Assembly (NCBI GenBank): GCA_964625625.1
Contig: CAZVEG010000004.1
Location: 11,612 to 75,611 of the forward strand
Source of the DNA: an uncultured Leptospirales bacterium
GTDB taxonomy: Bacteria; Spirochaetota; UBA4802; UBA5368
Direction: 5' to 3'
DNA: 64,000 nt
Shown: one piece after another, positions 1 to 9,798 of the stretch
Position numbering within the stretch: the stretch's first letter is position 1
How the letters are laid out: every line of letters begins with the position of its first letter
Translations under genes and position numbers: made by a program
Notes under the pieces: model-generated
What the model was told of the DNA's origin: nothing
The model's input: only the letters and a program-made list of their open reading frames with translations
The model's database searches: none

Positions 1-1
1 C

Positions 2-1072
2 ATCCTTTCCTCCGACGCGCCGGTGGTGGTGTTCACCGCGCCCAAGGGAGCGCAGGCGGCCTCGGCGGGCGGATACATCATGCTCGCCGCGCATATCGCC
101 GCCATGGCGCCCGGCACGGAGATAGGAGCCATGCACCCGGTGAGCCCGTTTCTCAACTTCGGGCAGAAGGACGAGCAGGGCAACGCGGCCGAGGGCATAA
201 TGGAAAAGAAGGTGCTCAACGACACCATCGCCTACGGCAAGAGCCTCGCCCAGAAACGGAAACGAAACGTCGACTGGACCGTGCGCGCCATCCGCGACGC
301 CATTTCGAGCACCTACCTCGAGGCCTATAAACTCGGCATCGTGGACATCATCGCCGAGGACGTGGACGACCTGCTTCGTAAGCTCAACGGCCGGAGGGTG
401 GACGTCAACGGGACCATGCTGACGCTTTCGACGGCGAACCTGTCGGAGCTTTCGTTCGAGATGGACTGGAAGGAACGGATGCTCAATTTCTTCGCCGATC
501 CCCAGATGGTATTCCTGCTGTTCATCATCGCCGTGGCCGGCATCGGCATGGAGTTCAAGAGCCCGGGGCTTATCGTGCCCGGTGTTATCGGCGCGGTGGC
601 GCTGTTTCTCTTCCTCATGGCGGTGCGGGTGCTTCCCATCAACCTGGCGGGGCTTGCGCTCATCATACTGGCGATCGTGCTTTTCATACTGGAGCTTAAA
701 ATAGCGAGCTACGGCCTTCTTACCGTGGGAGGGATTGTCTCCTTCATTTTCGGTTCGATGATCCTCTTCGATTCGCCCCTGCCGGGGGGGCAGATTCCCC
801 TGCGTTCGATAATCTCCGTCGTCGTCTTTCTGCTCGCCTTCTTCTTTATCGTCGTCCGGTCGGTCGTTCTGGCGCACAAAGGCCAGGTCACCACGGGCAT
901 GCAGGGACTGGTCGGCGAGACGGGTATGGCGATCAGGGATTTCGACGGGAACGGCAAGGTGTTCGTCCACGGTGAAATATGGAACGCGTCCTCCGAGGAC
1001 GCCATCAAACGCGACGACAGGATAACGGTGACCGGCTCGAAGGGCATGACGCTCTTCGTGAAGAAATCCTGA
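2..1072 (+). CDS. NfeD-like membrane-bound serine protease (ClpP/S49 class), 5'-truncated at window edge
   Basis: Reading frame is open to the window start. ClpP-like protease-type N-terminal region (GYIMLAAHIAAMAPGTEIGAMHP), a central multi-pass hydrophobic block, and an OB-fold-like C-terminal tail. It lies directly upstream of an SPFH gene, the classic nfeD-stomatin pairing. Confidence 0.75.
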   Translation: MLSSDAPVVVFTAPKGAQAASAGGYIMLAAHIAAMAPGTEIGAMHPVSPFLNFGQKDEQGNAAEGIMEKKVLNDTIAYGKSLAQKRKRNVDWTVRAIRDAISSTYLEAYKLGIVDIIAEDVDDLLRKLNGRRVDVNGTMLTLSTANLSELSFEMDWKERMLNFFADPQMVFLLFIIAVAGIGMEFKSPGLIVPGVIGAVALFLFLMAVRVLPINLAGLALIILAIVLFILELKIASYGLLTVGGIVSFIFGSMILFDSPLPGGQIPLRSIISVVVFLLAFFFIVVRSVVLAHKGQVTTGMQGLVGETGMAIRDFDGNGKVFVHGEIWNASSEDAIKRDDRITVTGSKGMTLFVKKS

Positions 1073-1166
1073 GGCGCGACCGTCCGGGAGTGAAGAGCGC
1101 GCGGAGCGTCGTTTGAGCTTCCGGGCGCCGACGTGATACTATTCCACAACACACAGGAGGTGTACG

Positions 1167-1910
1167 ATGTTTGAGGTGTTTCCCACATTGTTGATCCTTG
1201 CGGTGCTCTTCGTCATCGCTTCGATTAAAATCATCAAGGAATACGAGCGTGCCGTGGTGTTCCGTCTCGGAAGGCTGTTGAAGAGCCACAAGGGCCCCGG
1301 AATCATCATCATCATCCCGTTTATCGATAAGTGGGTGCGGGTGAGCCTGCGCCTGGTGGCGATGGACGTACCGCCCCAGGACGTCATAACCAGGGACAAT
1401 GTCTCGGTGAAGGTGAACGCCGTGCTGTATTTCCGGGTGGTCGACCCCAACAAGGCGGTTACCGAGGTGGAGGACTTCATGTACGCGACCTCGCAGCTCG
1501 CGCAGACGACCCTTCGCAGCATCCTGGGTATGAACGAGCTCGACGACCTGCTCAGCGACCGCGAGCGCATCAACACCGAGCTTCAGAACGTGCTCGACAC
1601 GCACACCGATCCGTGGGGCATCAAGGTTACCGCGGTCGAGGTGAAGCACGTCGACCTTCCGCAGGAGATGCAGCGCGCCATGGCCAAGCAGGCCGAGGCC
1701 GAGCGCGAGCGCCGCGCGAAGGTCATCAACGCAGAGGGCGAGGCCCAGGCGGCGGCGAAGCTCATCGAGGCGGCCACGCTCATGGAGGCGCACCCGATTG
1801 CGCTGCAGCTTCGCTATCTGCAGACGCTCCGGGAAGTGGCCACCGAGAACAACTCGACCACGCTCTTCCCGATCCCGCTTGATGTCATTTCGCATTTCAT
1901 GAAGAAGTAG
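1167..1910 (+). CDS. SPFH/band-7 (stomatin/prohibitin-like) membrane protein
   Basis: N-terminal TM helix followed by a band-7 core (AVVFRLGRL...[19 protein letters not shown]) and a C-terminal coiled-coil ([19 protein letters not shown]). RBS GGAGG lies upstream of the ATG at 1167. Confidence 0.85.
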   Translation: MFEVFPTLLILAVLFVIASIKIIKEYERAVVFRLGRLLKSHKGPGIIIIIPFIDKWVRVSLRLVAMDVPPQDVITRDNVSVKVNAVLYFRVVDPNKAVTEVEDFMYATSQLAQTTLRSILGMNELDDLLSDRERINTELQNVLDTHTDPWGIKVTAVEVKHVDLPQEMQRAMAKQAEAERERRAKVINAEGEAQAAAKLIEAATLMEAHPIALQLRYLQTLREVATENNSTTLFPIPLDVISHFMKK

Positions 1911-1985
1911 GTTGCGCGATATCCCGGGCGCCCGTTCGGCGCCCGGGTGTCCGGAAGTGTGGCGTGTACATGCTGAAGGCGCGGT

Positions 1986-2120
1986 GTGACGTGGCGTGAC
2001 GTGGCGCGATTTCGGAATCGCGCTTTCACGTGTGTAGAGGGCTTTCATGCATGTATGGGTCTTTCGCCGGTGTGGAGGGCTTTCCGGGAATCGCGCTTTC
2101 ACGTGTGTAGCAGGCTTTCA
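1986..2120. repeat. Direct and inverted repeats in the convergent SPFH/mutS intergenic region
   Basis: Tandem 10-mer gtgacgtggc x2 (1986-2005). 35-bp direct repeat cggaatcgcgctttcacgtgtgtagagggctttca (2013-2047) versus gggaatcgcgctttcacgtgtgtagcaggctttca (2086-2120), 33/35 identical. Small palindrome cgcgatt-tcgg-aatcgcg at 2005-2022. Motif gggctttc occurs three times. Confidence 0.6.
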
Positions 2121-2143
2121 GGCACATACCGCCGGACTTCGGA

Positions 2144-4726
2144 TCACTCCACGAGCTTCTTCAGCCGGTTGAGCTCGTTGATCGCGTCGAGCGGTGTGAG
2201 GGTGTCGATGTTGACGGCGCGGATGGCCTGGACGACGAGGTGATTCGCGGCGTTGAACATCTCGAGCTGCTCGGCGGGATCGTTCTCCTCGCCGGCGCCG
2301 GGCGCGTTGCCCGCGCGGTTTGTCTTTTCCATGCGCTCCAGTATCTTCTGGGCGCGCGCCGTTATCTCCCTGGGTATACCCGCCAGGCGCGCGACGTGTA
2401 TGCCGTAGGACTTGTCCGCGGCCCCGGGGACCACCCGGTGCAGGAAATCCACCCCTCCCATGTGCTCCTTCACCAGTACGTTGTAGTTGGCGATCCCCTG
2501 CCTTCCGCCCAGGCGCGTGAGCTCGTGGTAGTGCGTGGCGAAGAGCGTCTTGGCGCGGACGAATCGTAAAATGTACTCGACGACGGCCCACGCGATCGAG
2601 AGCCCGTCGAAGGTGCTGGTGCCCCGTCCGACCTCGTCCATCACGATGAGGCTTCTCGCGGTCGCGTTATTGAGGATGACCGCGGTCTCGTTCATCTCGA
2701 CGAGGAAAGTGGACTCGCCGCGCGAGATGTTGTCCGAGGCGCCGATGCGCGTGAAGATGCGATCGGCTATCGGGAGATCGGCCGAGGCGGCGGGGACATA
2801 GGAGCCCGTCTGCGCCATGAGCTGGATGATCGCGGCCATGCGGATATAGGTTGACTTTCCCGACATGTTGGGCCCGGTGATGATCTTGATGAAGTCCCCC
2901 GCGTCGTCCATGTGGATGTCGTTGGGAATGAAGACCTCCTTCGTGTAATACTTCTCGACGATCGGATGTCTGCCTCCGGAGATGCTCATCATGCCCCCGT
3001 CGTTGAACGCGGGCCGCACGAACCTGTTCTCCAGGGCGGCGACGGCGAGCGAACAGTAGAAGTCGACCTCGCCGAGCGATTCGGCCAGGTTCTGGAGCAT
3101 GGGTCTGTGCTCCAGAACCCCGGCGTGGAGCTTCGCGATCTCGGCGGTTTCGAGGGCGATGATCTTCTGTGACGCGCCGAGGATGTCCGATTCGAAGTTC
3201 TGGAGGCGCTCGGTGGTGAAACGCTCGGCGCCAACCAGGGTCTGTTTGCGGAAGAAGTCCGACGGCACCCTTGACGACTGGCCCTTGCTCACCTCGATGT
3301 AATACCCGAGCACCCGGTTGTATTTGACCTTCAGGGTGGGAATGCCCAGCCGCTGTTTTTCCTCCTCCTGGTACTCGACGATCCAGCCCTTGGCGTCCTT
3401 CTTCAGCTCGTACAGCCGGTCGAGCTCGGGACTGTGGCCGGGCCGCACGACGCGGCCCTGTTCCGGGGAAAGCGCCGGGTCGTCGTCGATGACGGCCCCG
3501 ATGAGCGCGGCGAGGGCCCGGACGTCGTCCGCGGCAATCCGTACGCGGGCGCACAGATCGTGGGACAGGCCCTCCAGGAGCCCGGAGACGTCCGCCGCGG
3601 CCCGGATCGATGAGGAGAGCGCCAGGTAATCGCGCGGCGTTGAGCGTCCGATGACGAAGCGCGCCAGGAGGCGCTCGATGTCGTAGACGCCGTCCAGGCG
3701 TTCCTGAACGTCGCGGGCGAGGTCGGCCGATTCATAGAAAAGACGCACCGTGTCCAGGCGCTTCTCGATCTCGTTGCGGACGAGAAGCGGCTGGAGGATG
3801 TTGCGCTCGAGGAGGCGCCTTCCCATGGCCGTCTTCGTGCGGTTGAGCACGGCGTAGAGGGTACGCTCGCGGTTTCCCTCCTGCGCGTTGCGCACCAGCT
3901 CGAGGTTGGCGATGGTGGCCTCATCGAGCGCCATGTAGTCGGACGAGACGATACGCCTGGGGGGCTTGAGATGGCCGAACGCCTTTTTGTGGGTGTCTTT
4001 CAGGTACTCGAGTATGGAGCCCGCGGCCAGTATTTCGATCCTGTCCTCTATCCCGAGCCCCTTGATACCGGCCAGCTGGAACGCCTCGGCGATCGCGGAG
4101 GCGAGGTAGTCCCCGTCGTACAGCCACTCGTTGATTTTGTTGACCGGTATGCCCTGGTTTTTCAGGTATTTGATCACGCGGTCGTCCGCGTCCTCGACGC
4201 CGTGATATATCGCCTCACGCGGCGAGAAGCGGGCTATCTCACCCCGGAACATGTCGATCGAGCGGGCCATCGACGAGAGAAAAAAGTCCCCGGTCGAGAT
4301 GTCGACGAAGGCGAAGGCTATCCTCTCCGCTCCCTCCACGATCGAGGCCAGGAAGTTGTTGGCGTCGGACTGAAGCAGGTTCTGCTCGACGAGCGTTCCG
4401 GGCGTGATGACCCTGGTCACCTCGCGGCGCACCACGGTCCCCGACGACGGCACGGTTTCCATCTGCTCGCAGATGGCGACCCGGTGCCCGGCCTTTATGA
4501 GGCGGGCGATGTAGGCCTCGGCGGCGTGGTGCGGGACACCGCACATGGGTACGTCGTTCTGGCGGGCGGTGAGCGCGATGTTGAGGATTTTCGAGGCGGT
4601 GTGCGCGTCCTCGAAGAACATCTCGTAAAAATCCCCCATCCGGTAGAACAGTATCTCCCCGGGATATTTTTTCTTTATATCGAGGTACTGCTTCATCATG
4701 GGGGTGAGCTTGGCGTCCATTCTCAA
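2144..4726 (-). CDS. mutS: DNA mismatch repair protein MutS
   Basis: 860 aa. N-terminus MRMDAKLTPMMKQYLDIKKKYPGEILFYRMGDFYEMFFEDA is the MutS mismatch-binding domain. Walker A GPNMSGKST and an FATHYHEL-type motif are in the C-terminal ATPase domain. Confidence 0.92.
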   Translation of the reverse strand: MRMDAKLTPMMKQYLDIKKKYPGEILFYRMGDFYEMFFEDAHTASKILNIALTARQNDVPMCGVPHHAAEAYIARLIKAGHRVAICEQMETVPSSGTVVRREVTRVITPGTLVEQNLLQSDANNFLASIVEGAERIAFAFVDISTGDFFLSSMARSIDMFRGEIARFSPREAIYHGVEDADDRVIKYLKNQGIPVNKINEWLYDGDYLASAIAEAFQLAGIKGLGIEDRIEILAAGSILEYLKDTHKKAFGHLKPPRRIVSSDYMALDEATIANLELVRNAQEGNRERTLYAVLNRTKTAMGRRLLERNILQPLLVRNEIEKRLDTVRLFYESADLARDVQERLDGVYDIERLLARFVIGRSTPRDYLALSSSIRAAADVSGLLEGLSHDLCARVRIAADDVRALAALIGAVIDDDPALSPEQGRVVRPGHSPELDRLYELKKDAKGWIVEYQEEEKQRLGIPTLKVKYNRVLGYYIEVSKGQSSRVPSDFFRKQTLVGAERFTTERLQNFESDILGASQKIIALETAEIAKLHAGVLEHRPMLQNLAESLGEVDFYCSLAVAALENRFVRPAFNDGGMMSISGGRHPIVEKYYTKEVFIPNDIHMDDAGDFIKIITGPNMSGKSTYIRMAAIIQLMAQTGSYVPAASADLPIADRIFTRIGASDNISRGESTFLVEMNETAVILNNATARSLIVMDEVGRGTSTFDGLSIAWAVVEYILRFVRAKTLFATHYHELTRLGGRQGIANYNVLVKEHMGGVDFLHRVVPGAADKSYGIHVARLAGIPREITARAQKILERMEKTNRAGNAPGAGEENDPAEQLEMFNAANHLVVQAIRAVNIDTLTPLDAINELNRLKKLVE

Positions 4727-5889
4727 TCTCCGTAAATATACCGTCGGTTCTCGTCCCTGCGTATGCGGACTATGTTGCCGTTTATGGCGAATTCCTCGGC
4801 CAGCCTTATCTTGAGAGAGACCGCGGAGTCCGTTTCCCGGGTGCGGCCCACGTAAACCATGTGGCGTCCCGCCACGGAGACCGCCTGGATGGGGGCGAAT
4901 TCGCCGGATATGATCTTCCGCACCCTGTCCGCTTCGGCCTTCGAATTGAACGGGCCGAGCGCGACCGCGTACGCGACGTCGGGGTCGTCGTCGATCTGCC
5001 CCGGGTCCATCTCGGGGCGTATGTCGAGCGCCTCGGCCCCGCTGATGGCGGTTTCTTCCGGGAGATAGGGCAGGGGGGTCGGTTTGTGCGCCTTCACCTC
5101 CTCCATCCTTCCGACGGCGAACCCGCTCTCCACGGCCCGGGGGTAGCGCTTCATGAGATCGGCATAGGCGCTGTAGGCCCTTCCATAATCGGCCCTGTTT
5201 TCATAAAAGCGCCCCAGAAGGTAAAGGGCCCCCGGCGCCGTCGGTGCCTTCGGGAATCCCGTAACGATCTCCCTCAGGGAATAGAGATAGGCGCGCGAAT
5301 ACCCGGTCGTTTTCCGCTCGACATACGCCAGCACGAGGAGCATTGCCGCCAGTTCGTCGTAATCGCGGTCGATTTCGGTCGCGCGGCGGCACGCGGCCCG
5401 CGCCTCCTCGTAGCGTTCGAGGTGGATGAGGGCCTTCGCGCGATACAGCAGGTAGCGCGGGAGGTGCTCGCTCTTCGGAAACGACTCCGCGGACTTCGCG
5501 GATTCGGCCGCGAGCTCCTCCCAGCGGGCGCAGAGGTAGAGCGTTTCACAGATTCGCAGCGCCGCGTAGTCCCTTTTTTTATAATAGCGGTACTTGTCCA
5601 GCAGAATGCGATACTGTCGGATCGCGTCCTCCGGGGCTTCCTCGGCGTCGGCGACGTACAGGCGCACGTCGGCGACCGCGTCGCTTTTCGGATAGGCCCG
5701 GTAAAATTCCGCGGCGAGCGCGCGAAGCTTGTCCGCCTCCCCCTTTTCGGCGAGCGAGCCGATTCTGGCCAGGTACTCCTTCTCGGACGGCGGGGCCGGA
5801 AGCGCGGGCCCGCACAGCGATACGAGGAGCGCACAGGCGAGGGCCGCTTTACGCACCGCGTTCCCCGTAGAGGGTCGAGCCCCGCACAT
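4723..5889 (-). CDS. TPR-repeat lipoprotein with C-terminal SPOR (peptidoglycan-binding) domain
   Basis: Signal/lipobox-like N-terminus (AALACALLVSLCGPA). Internal TPR-like helical repeats. C-terminal roughly 80 aa (YAVALGPFNSKAEADRVRKI...YVGRTRETDSAVSLKIRLAEE) resemble a SPOR domain. Stop overlaps the mutS start by 4 nt. Confidence 0.6.
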   Translation of the reverse strand: MCGARPSTGNAVRKAALACALLVSLCGPALPAPPSEKEYLARIGSLAEKGEADKLRALAAEFYRAYPKSDAVADVRLYVADAEEAPEDAIRQYRILLDKYRYYKKRDYAALRICETLYLCARWEELAAESAKSAESFPKSEHLPRYLLYRAKALIHLERYEEARAACRRATEIDRDYDELAAMLLVLAYVERKTTGYSRAYLYSLREIVTGFPKAPTAPGALYLLGRFYENRADYGRAYSAYADLMKRYPRAVESGFAVGRMEEVKAHKPTPLPYLPEETAISGAEALDIRPEMDPGQIDDDPDVAYAVALGPFNSKAEADRVRKIISGEFAPIQAVSVAGRHMVYVGRTRETDSAVSLKIRLAEEFAINGNIVRIRRDENRRYIYGD

Positions 5890-7162
5890 CCTTTATGACG
5901 ATGCGTATCTTGCGGCCCACGTCGCCGGGACCGCCCGGCAGAACGGCGGGATGGTTGAGATAGGTCCTTCCGCGGTATTCGCCCGGCGATTTCCGGCTCC
6001 TGCCTTCGACGATGAGCTCTTCCGAGCGGTCGATCCGGGCGAGCAGTTTTTCGCGCGATATCGCGCGCTGGATTTCGATGAGTCCCTGCAGGCGCTCGAT
6101 CTTCCGCGCGCGGGCCATATCCTCCTTCATGGCGAACGACGGTGTCCCCTCGCGCGGGGAGTACGCGTACATGAAGGCCTCGTCGAAGCGGACACGACGC
6201 ACCGCGTCGAGCGTAAGCCGGTAGTCCTCCCCGGTTTCGCCGGGGAAGCCGACGATCAGGTCGGTCGAGACGGCGTGGTCCGGAAGGATTTTCTGAAGGT
6301 GCTCGATTATGGCGTGATAGCGGGCCATGGTGTATTTGCGGTTCATGAGCGCGAGTATCCGGTCCGAGCCGCTCTGAAGCGGAAGATGCATCGAGCGCGT
6401 GATGTTTCCGTGATCGGCGACGACGCGCACGATGTCGTCGTGGAAGTCCATGGGATGCGAGGTCAGGAAGTTCACCCGGAGGATGCCCTTTATCCCGGCC
6501 ACCCGCTCGAGCAGGCGGTAAAAGGGAATGTCGCCGCTGTCCATTCCGTACTGGTTGACGTTCTGCCCCAGCAGCGTGATCTCGGTGGCGCCGCCGGCTA
6601 CGCACCGCTCGATGTGACGGATGATCGCTTCGGAAGGAAAGGAGATGAGCCTGCCCCGGACGTACGGTACGATGCAGTAGGAGCAGAAATTCTCGCAGCC
6701 GTGGGTGATCGTGACCCATTTATGGTAGGGGAGCCTGTCCCGCCTGAGGGCGGCCGCCGGGTGTATCCGGCCTACGAAGTCTTCCGGCTCCTGCGACAGA
6801 AACGTGCGGACTGTCCGCCCCCCGAGGCGCCCGGCGATGATGTCGCCTATTTTCGGCGACTGGTAAGGGCCCACCACCAGGTCGGCCGTACCGTCGGCGA
6901 CGAGCGAATCGCCCAGGCGCTGGGCCATGCAGCCCGCGATCACGACGAGCGCGCCGTCGCTTTTACGAACCGAGCGGACGCGCGCCAGGGCCCGAAGCTC
7001 CGCGTGGTCGCGAACCGAGCAGGTGTTGAAGATGAGTATGTCCGCGTCGGTCTCGCCGTCGGCGCGCTCGAAACCGGCCGTCTCGAGCGAGAGGGCCATC
7101 AGGTCCGAGTCGCCCTTGTTCATCTGGCAGCCGAAGGTCTCTATGTAAAACCGTTTTTTCAT
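5849..7162 (-). CDS. miaB: MiaB-family radical-SAM tRNA methylthiotransferase
   Basis: 437 aa. N-terminal MTTase domain (YIETFGCQMNKGDSDLMAL...ILIFNTCSVRDHAE), radical-SAM CxxxCxxC (CENFCSYCIVP), and a TRAM-like C-terminus. MiaB versus MtaB/RimO cannot be resolved by eye. Confidence 0.7.
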   Translation of the reverse strand: MKKRFYIETFGCQMNKGDSDLMALSLETAGFERADGETDADILIFNTCSVRDHAELRALARVRSVRKSDGALVVIAGCMAQRLGDSLVADGTADLVVGPYQSPKIGDIIAGRLGGRTVRTFLSQEPEDFVGRIHPAAALRRDRLPYHKWVTITHGCENFCSYCIVPYVRGRLISFPSEAIIRHIERCVAGGATEITLLGQNVNQYGMDSGDIPFYRLLERVAGIKGILRVNFLTSHPMDFHDDIVRVVADHGNITRSMHLPLQSGSDRILALMNRKYTMARYHAIIEHLQKILPDHAVSTDLIVGFPGETGEDYRLTLDAVRRVRFDEAFMYAYSPREGTPSFAMKEDMARARKIERLQGLIEIQRAISREKLLARIDRSEELIVEGRSRKSPGEYRGRTYLNHPAVLPGGPGDVGRKIRIVIKDVRGSTLYGERGA

Positions 7163-8352
7163 CAGTTGATGACGCCGTTTTTTCTGAATTCGGCGATTTC
7201 GTCTTTCGTATATCCCAGGGAGGAGAGAATGGCCTCGTTATGGTATCCCAGCGGTGTCCCCGCTTCACGGGCCGTGCATTCGTCGGGGCCGATCTTTATG
7301 GGGCTCGCCACCTGGCGCAGGGGCTTTCCGGTATGGCCGGTCACTTCGGTCACCATTCCCCTGTCCGCCAGCGGTGGAGAATCCACCGCCTCGCCGATCG
7401 AGAGCACCGGCTCCACGCAGGCGTCGAGACGCGCGAACACGCCTCGCCAGTGCTCGAGCGTGCGCCCGGCGATGATCTGCGCGACGCGCAGCTTCGACGC
7501 GGCGAGCTCCTCGCGGGAGAGAAGTCCGGGAGCGACCATTTCGTCCATGCCGATCGCGCGATAGAAACCCTCGGCGAATTTCGGTTCCAGAGAACCCACC
7601 GCAAGGTGCCGGCCGTCGGACGTCCTGTAGTAGTCGTACACGGCGCCGCCGTTGAGGATCTCTCCCTCGCGGACGGGCTCGCCGCCGCCGGCCAGGAACC
7701 CCGCGGCCTGGAAGGCCGAGAGCGCGAAGGTACTGTCGGTAATGGAAAGATCTATGAAGCCGCCTTCCCCGCAGGCAAGCCGCCGGATGTACGCCGCCAT
7801 CACCGCGATGGCCAGGTTCTTGCCTCCGGCGCAGACGTCGGCGATCTGGATGCCGGAAAGAGCCGGGCCGTTCCCCGCGCGGCCCGAGTAGGAGTCTATG
7901 CCGGAGAGCGCGAGGTAGTTGATGTCGTGCCCCGCGCGTTCGGCGTAGCGGCCGGTATGCCCGTAGCCGGTCAGCGCACAGTATATGACGGAAGGACAGA
8001 TCTTTTTCACGTCCTCGTAGCCCAGGCCGAGCCTCTTCATCACGCCCGGCCTGAACTGCTCGAGCACGATGTCATGGTCGCGGAGCAGCCGGAATAGTAT
8101 CTCCCTCGACGCCTCCTTTTTAAGGTCGAGCCCGAGCGATTTTTTCCCGCGGTTGATATGGGCATACGCCGCCGAAACGCCGTCGATAAACGGCGCCGAG
8201 ATGCGCATGAGGTCGGGATTGTTGAAGTTCTCGATCTTGATGATGTCGGCGCCCAGGTCGGCGAGCATCATGCTTCCGTAGGGCCCGGGCAGCAGGTAGG
8301 TGAAATCGAGGACCTTCATTCCGTCGAGGGGCGCTCGCATGGTCGTGCTCAT
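7162..8352 (-). CDS. CaiB/BaiF family III CoA-transferase
   Basis: N-terminus LDGMKVLDFTYLLPGPYGSMMLADLGADIIKIE is the family-III CoA-transferase signature; about 396 aa. Confidence 0.8.
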   Translation of the reverse strand: MSTTMRAPLDGMKVLDFTYLLPGPYGSMMLADLGADIIKIENFNNPDLMRISAPFIDGVSAAYAHINRGKKSLGLDLKKEASREILFRLLRDHDIVLEQFRPGVMKRLGLGYEDVKKICPSVIYCALTGYGHTGRYAERAGHDINYLALSGIDSYSGRAGNGPALSGIQIADVCAGGKNLAIAVMAAYIRRLACGEGGFIDLSITDSTFALSAFQAAGFLAGGGEPVREGEILNGGAVYDYYRTSDGRHLAVGSLEPKFAEGFYRAIGMDEMVAPGLLSREELAASKLRVAQIIAGRTLEHWRGVFARLDACVEPVLSIGEAVDSPPLADRGMVTEVTGHTGKPLRQVASPIKIGPDECTAREAGTPLGYHNEAILSSLGYTKDEIAEFRKNGVIN

Positions 8353-8397
8353 CGTTACCGTCGCTTTCGGATCGTGAGGAATGACGACGCCGTCCGC

Positions 8398-9702
8398 TCA
8401 GCGCTCCTTTTCCAGACCGGCGTTCTTGAAAACATAATCGATATTTTTAAGATAGCCCGATATGTCGAATATGGCGTCGAGCTCACGCGCGCCGAGGAGG
8501 GCGCCGATTCCGGCGTCGCGTCCCGCGAGCTCCCTGAGCGTCCCTTCCTTTTTCCATACCCTCATGGCGATGTCCTGAACCAGCGCGTAGGCGTCCTCGC
8601 GCGAGGCGCCCTTCTCGACGAGCTTCAAAAGCAGCGCCTGCGAATAAAAAAGCCCCCCGGTCCGCTCGAGGTTTTCCTTCATTGCGTCGGGGTAGACGAT
8701 GAGCCCGTCGAGGATGAAGATCATGCGGTGGATGATGTAGTCGAGCGCCACGGTCGAGTCCGGCAGGATGACGCGCTCGGCCGACGAGTGCGAAATGTCG
8801 CGCTCGTGCCAGAGGGTCATGTCGTCGAGCGCCACGTTCATGTTCGCCTTGATGACGCGCGAGAGCCCGGAAACGCGCTCGGCCAGGATGGGGTTCCGCT
8901 TGTGTGGCATCGCCGACGATCCCTTCTGGCCCTTCTGAAAGGGCTCCTCGACCTCGCGCACCTCGGTGCGCTGGAGGTGCCGGATCTCCGTGGCGAGCTT
9001 GTCGAGGCTTCCGGCCGTGATGGCGAGCGCGGCCATGAACTCGGCGTGGCGGTCGCGCTGGATGATCTGCGTCGCTACGGGTTCGGCCTTGAGGCCCATC
9101 TTTTCGCAGACGTAGCGTTCGACCTCCGGGTCGATGTTGCTGTAGGTTCCCACCGCGCCCGAGAGCTTGCCGTAGGAGGCGTTGTCGATCGCCGTGACGA
9201 GCCGGTCGCGATTGCGCTGAAATTCCTTGAAATAGAGGGCCATCTTCATTCCGAAGGTGGTTGGCTCGGCGTGCACGCCGTGCGAACGGCCCATGCAGGG
9301 CGTTTTCCTGTGCTTCAGCGCCAGGCCGCGCAGTTTTTCGATGAGCGTTTCGATCCCCTTGAGGATGATCTCGCCGGATTGCTTCATCTGGATGGAGAGC
9401 GCAGTGTCGACTATATCGCTCGAGGTGAGGCCGTAGTGGATGAACCTGCTCGACGGGCCGACGTGCTCGCCCACGCAGGTGAGGAAGGCGATGACATCGT
9501 GGTGCACCTGGTTTTCGATCTCGAGGATGCGGTCGACGTTGAAATCGGCTTTTCCCCGGATCGTCGCGAGATCATCTTCAGGGATGAGTCCCAGGCGGGC
9601 GTTGGCCTCGCAGGCGGCGATTTCTATATCCAGCCATATCCTGAACTTGTTCTCGAGTGTCCAGATACCGGCGATTTCACTGCGCGAATAGCGATCGATC
9701 AT
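8398..9702 (-). CDS. purB: Adenylosuccinate lyase
   Basis: MIDRYSRSEIAGIWTLENKFRIWLDIEIAACEA... and the fumarate-lyase signature region (GSSAMPHKRNP); 434 aa. Confidence 0.9.
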   Translation of the reverse strand: MIDRYSRSEIAGIWTLENKFRIWLDIEIAACEANARLGLIPEDDLATIRGKADFNVDRILEIENQVHHDVIAFLTCVGEHVGPSSRFIHYGLTSSDIVDTALSIQMKQSGEIILKGIETLIEKLRGLALKHRKTPCMGRSHGVHAEPTTFGMKMALYFKEFQRNRDRLVTAIDNASYGKLSGAVGTYSNIDPEVERYVCEKMGLKAEPVATQIIQRDRHAEFMAALAITAGSLDKLATEIRHLQRTEVREVEEPFQKGQKGSSAMPHKRNPILAERVSGLSRVIKANMNVALDDMTLWHERDISHSSAERVILPDSTVALDYIIHRMIFILDGLIVYPDAMKENLERTGGLFYSQALLLKLVEKGASREDAYALVQDIAMRVWKKEGTLRELAGRDAGIGALLGARELDAIFDISGYLKNIDYVFKNAGLEKER

Positions 9703-9798
9703 GACAACCTCTGACGTGATGGTGAGCTGAATTGAGAGTTTCCCGCGCGCACATGCCTAAAATCAAGCAATTTTTCCGGTTCCGCGGCCTCCGCGCCG

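Noticed and set aside
5274-6719. 481-aa ORF on the minus strand (and many other 100-400-aa ORFs such as 1331-1882, 2667-3554, 28218-29219, 31054-31683, 52892-53932)
   Set aside because: These lie antisense to, or out of frame within, well-supported conserved genes. Their translations are Arg/Pro/Gly-rich low-complexity strings typical of spurious ORFs in high-GC DNA, and they have no RBS or recognisable domains.
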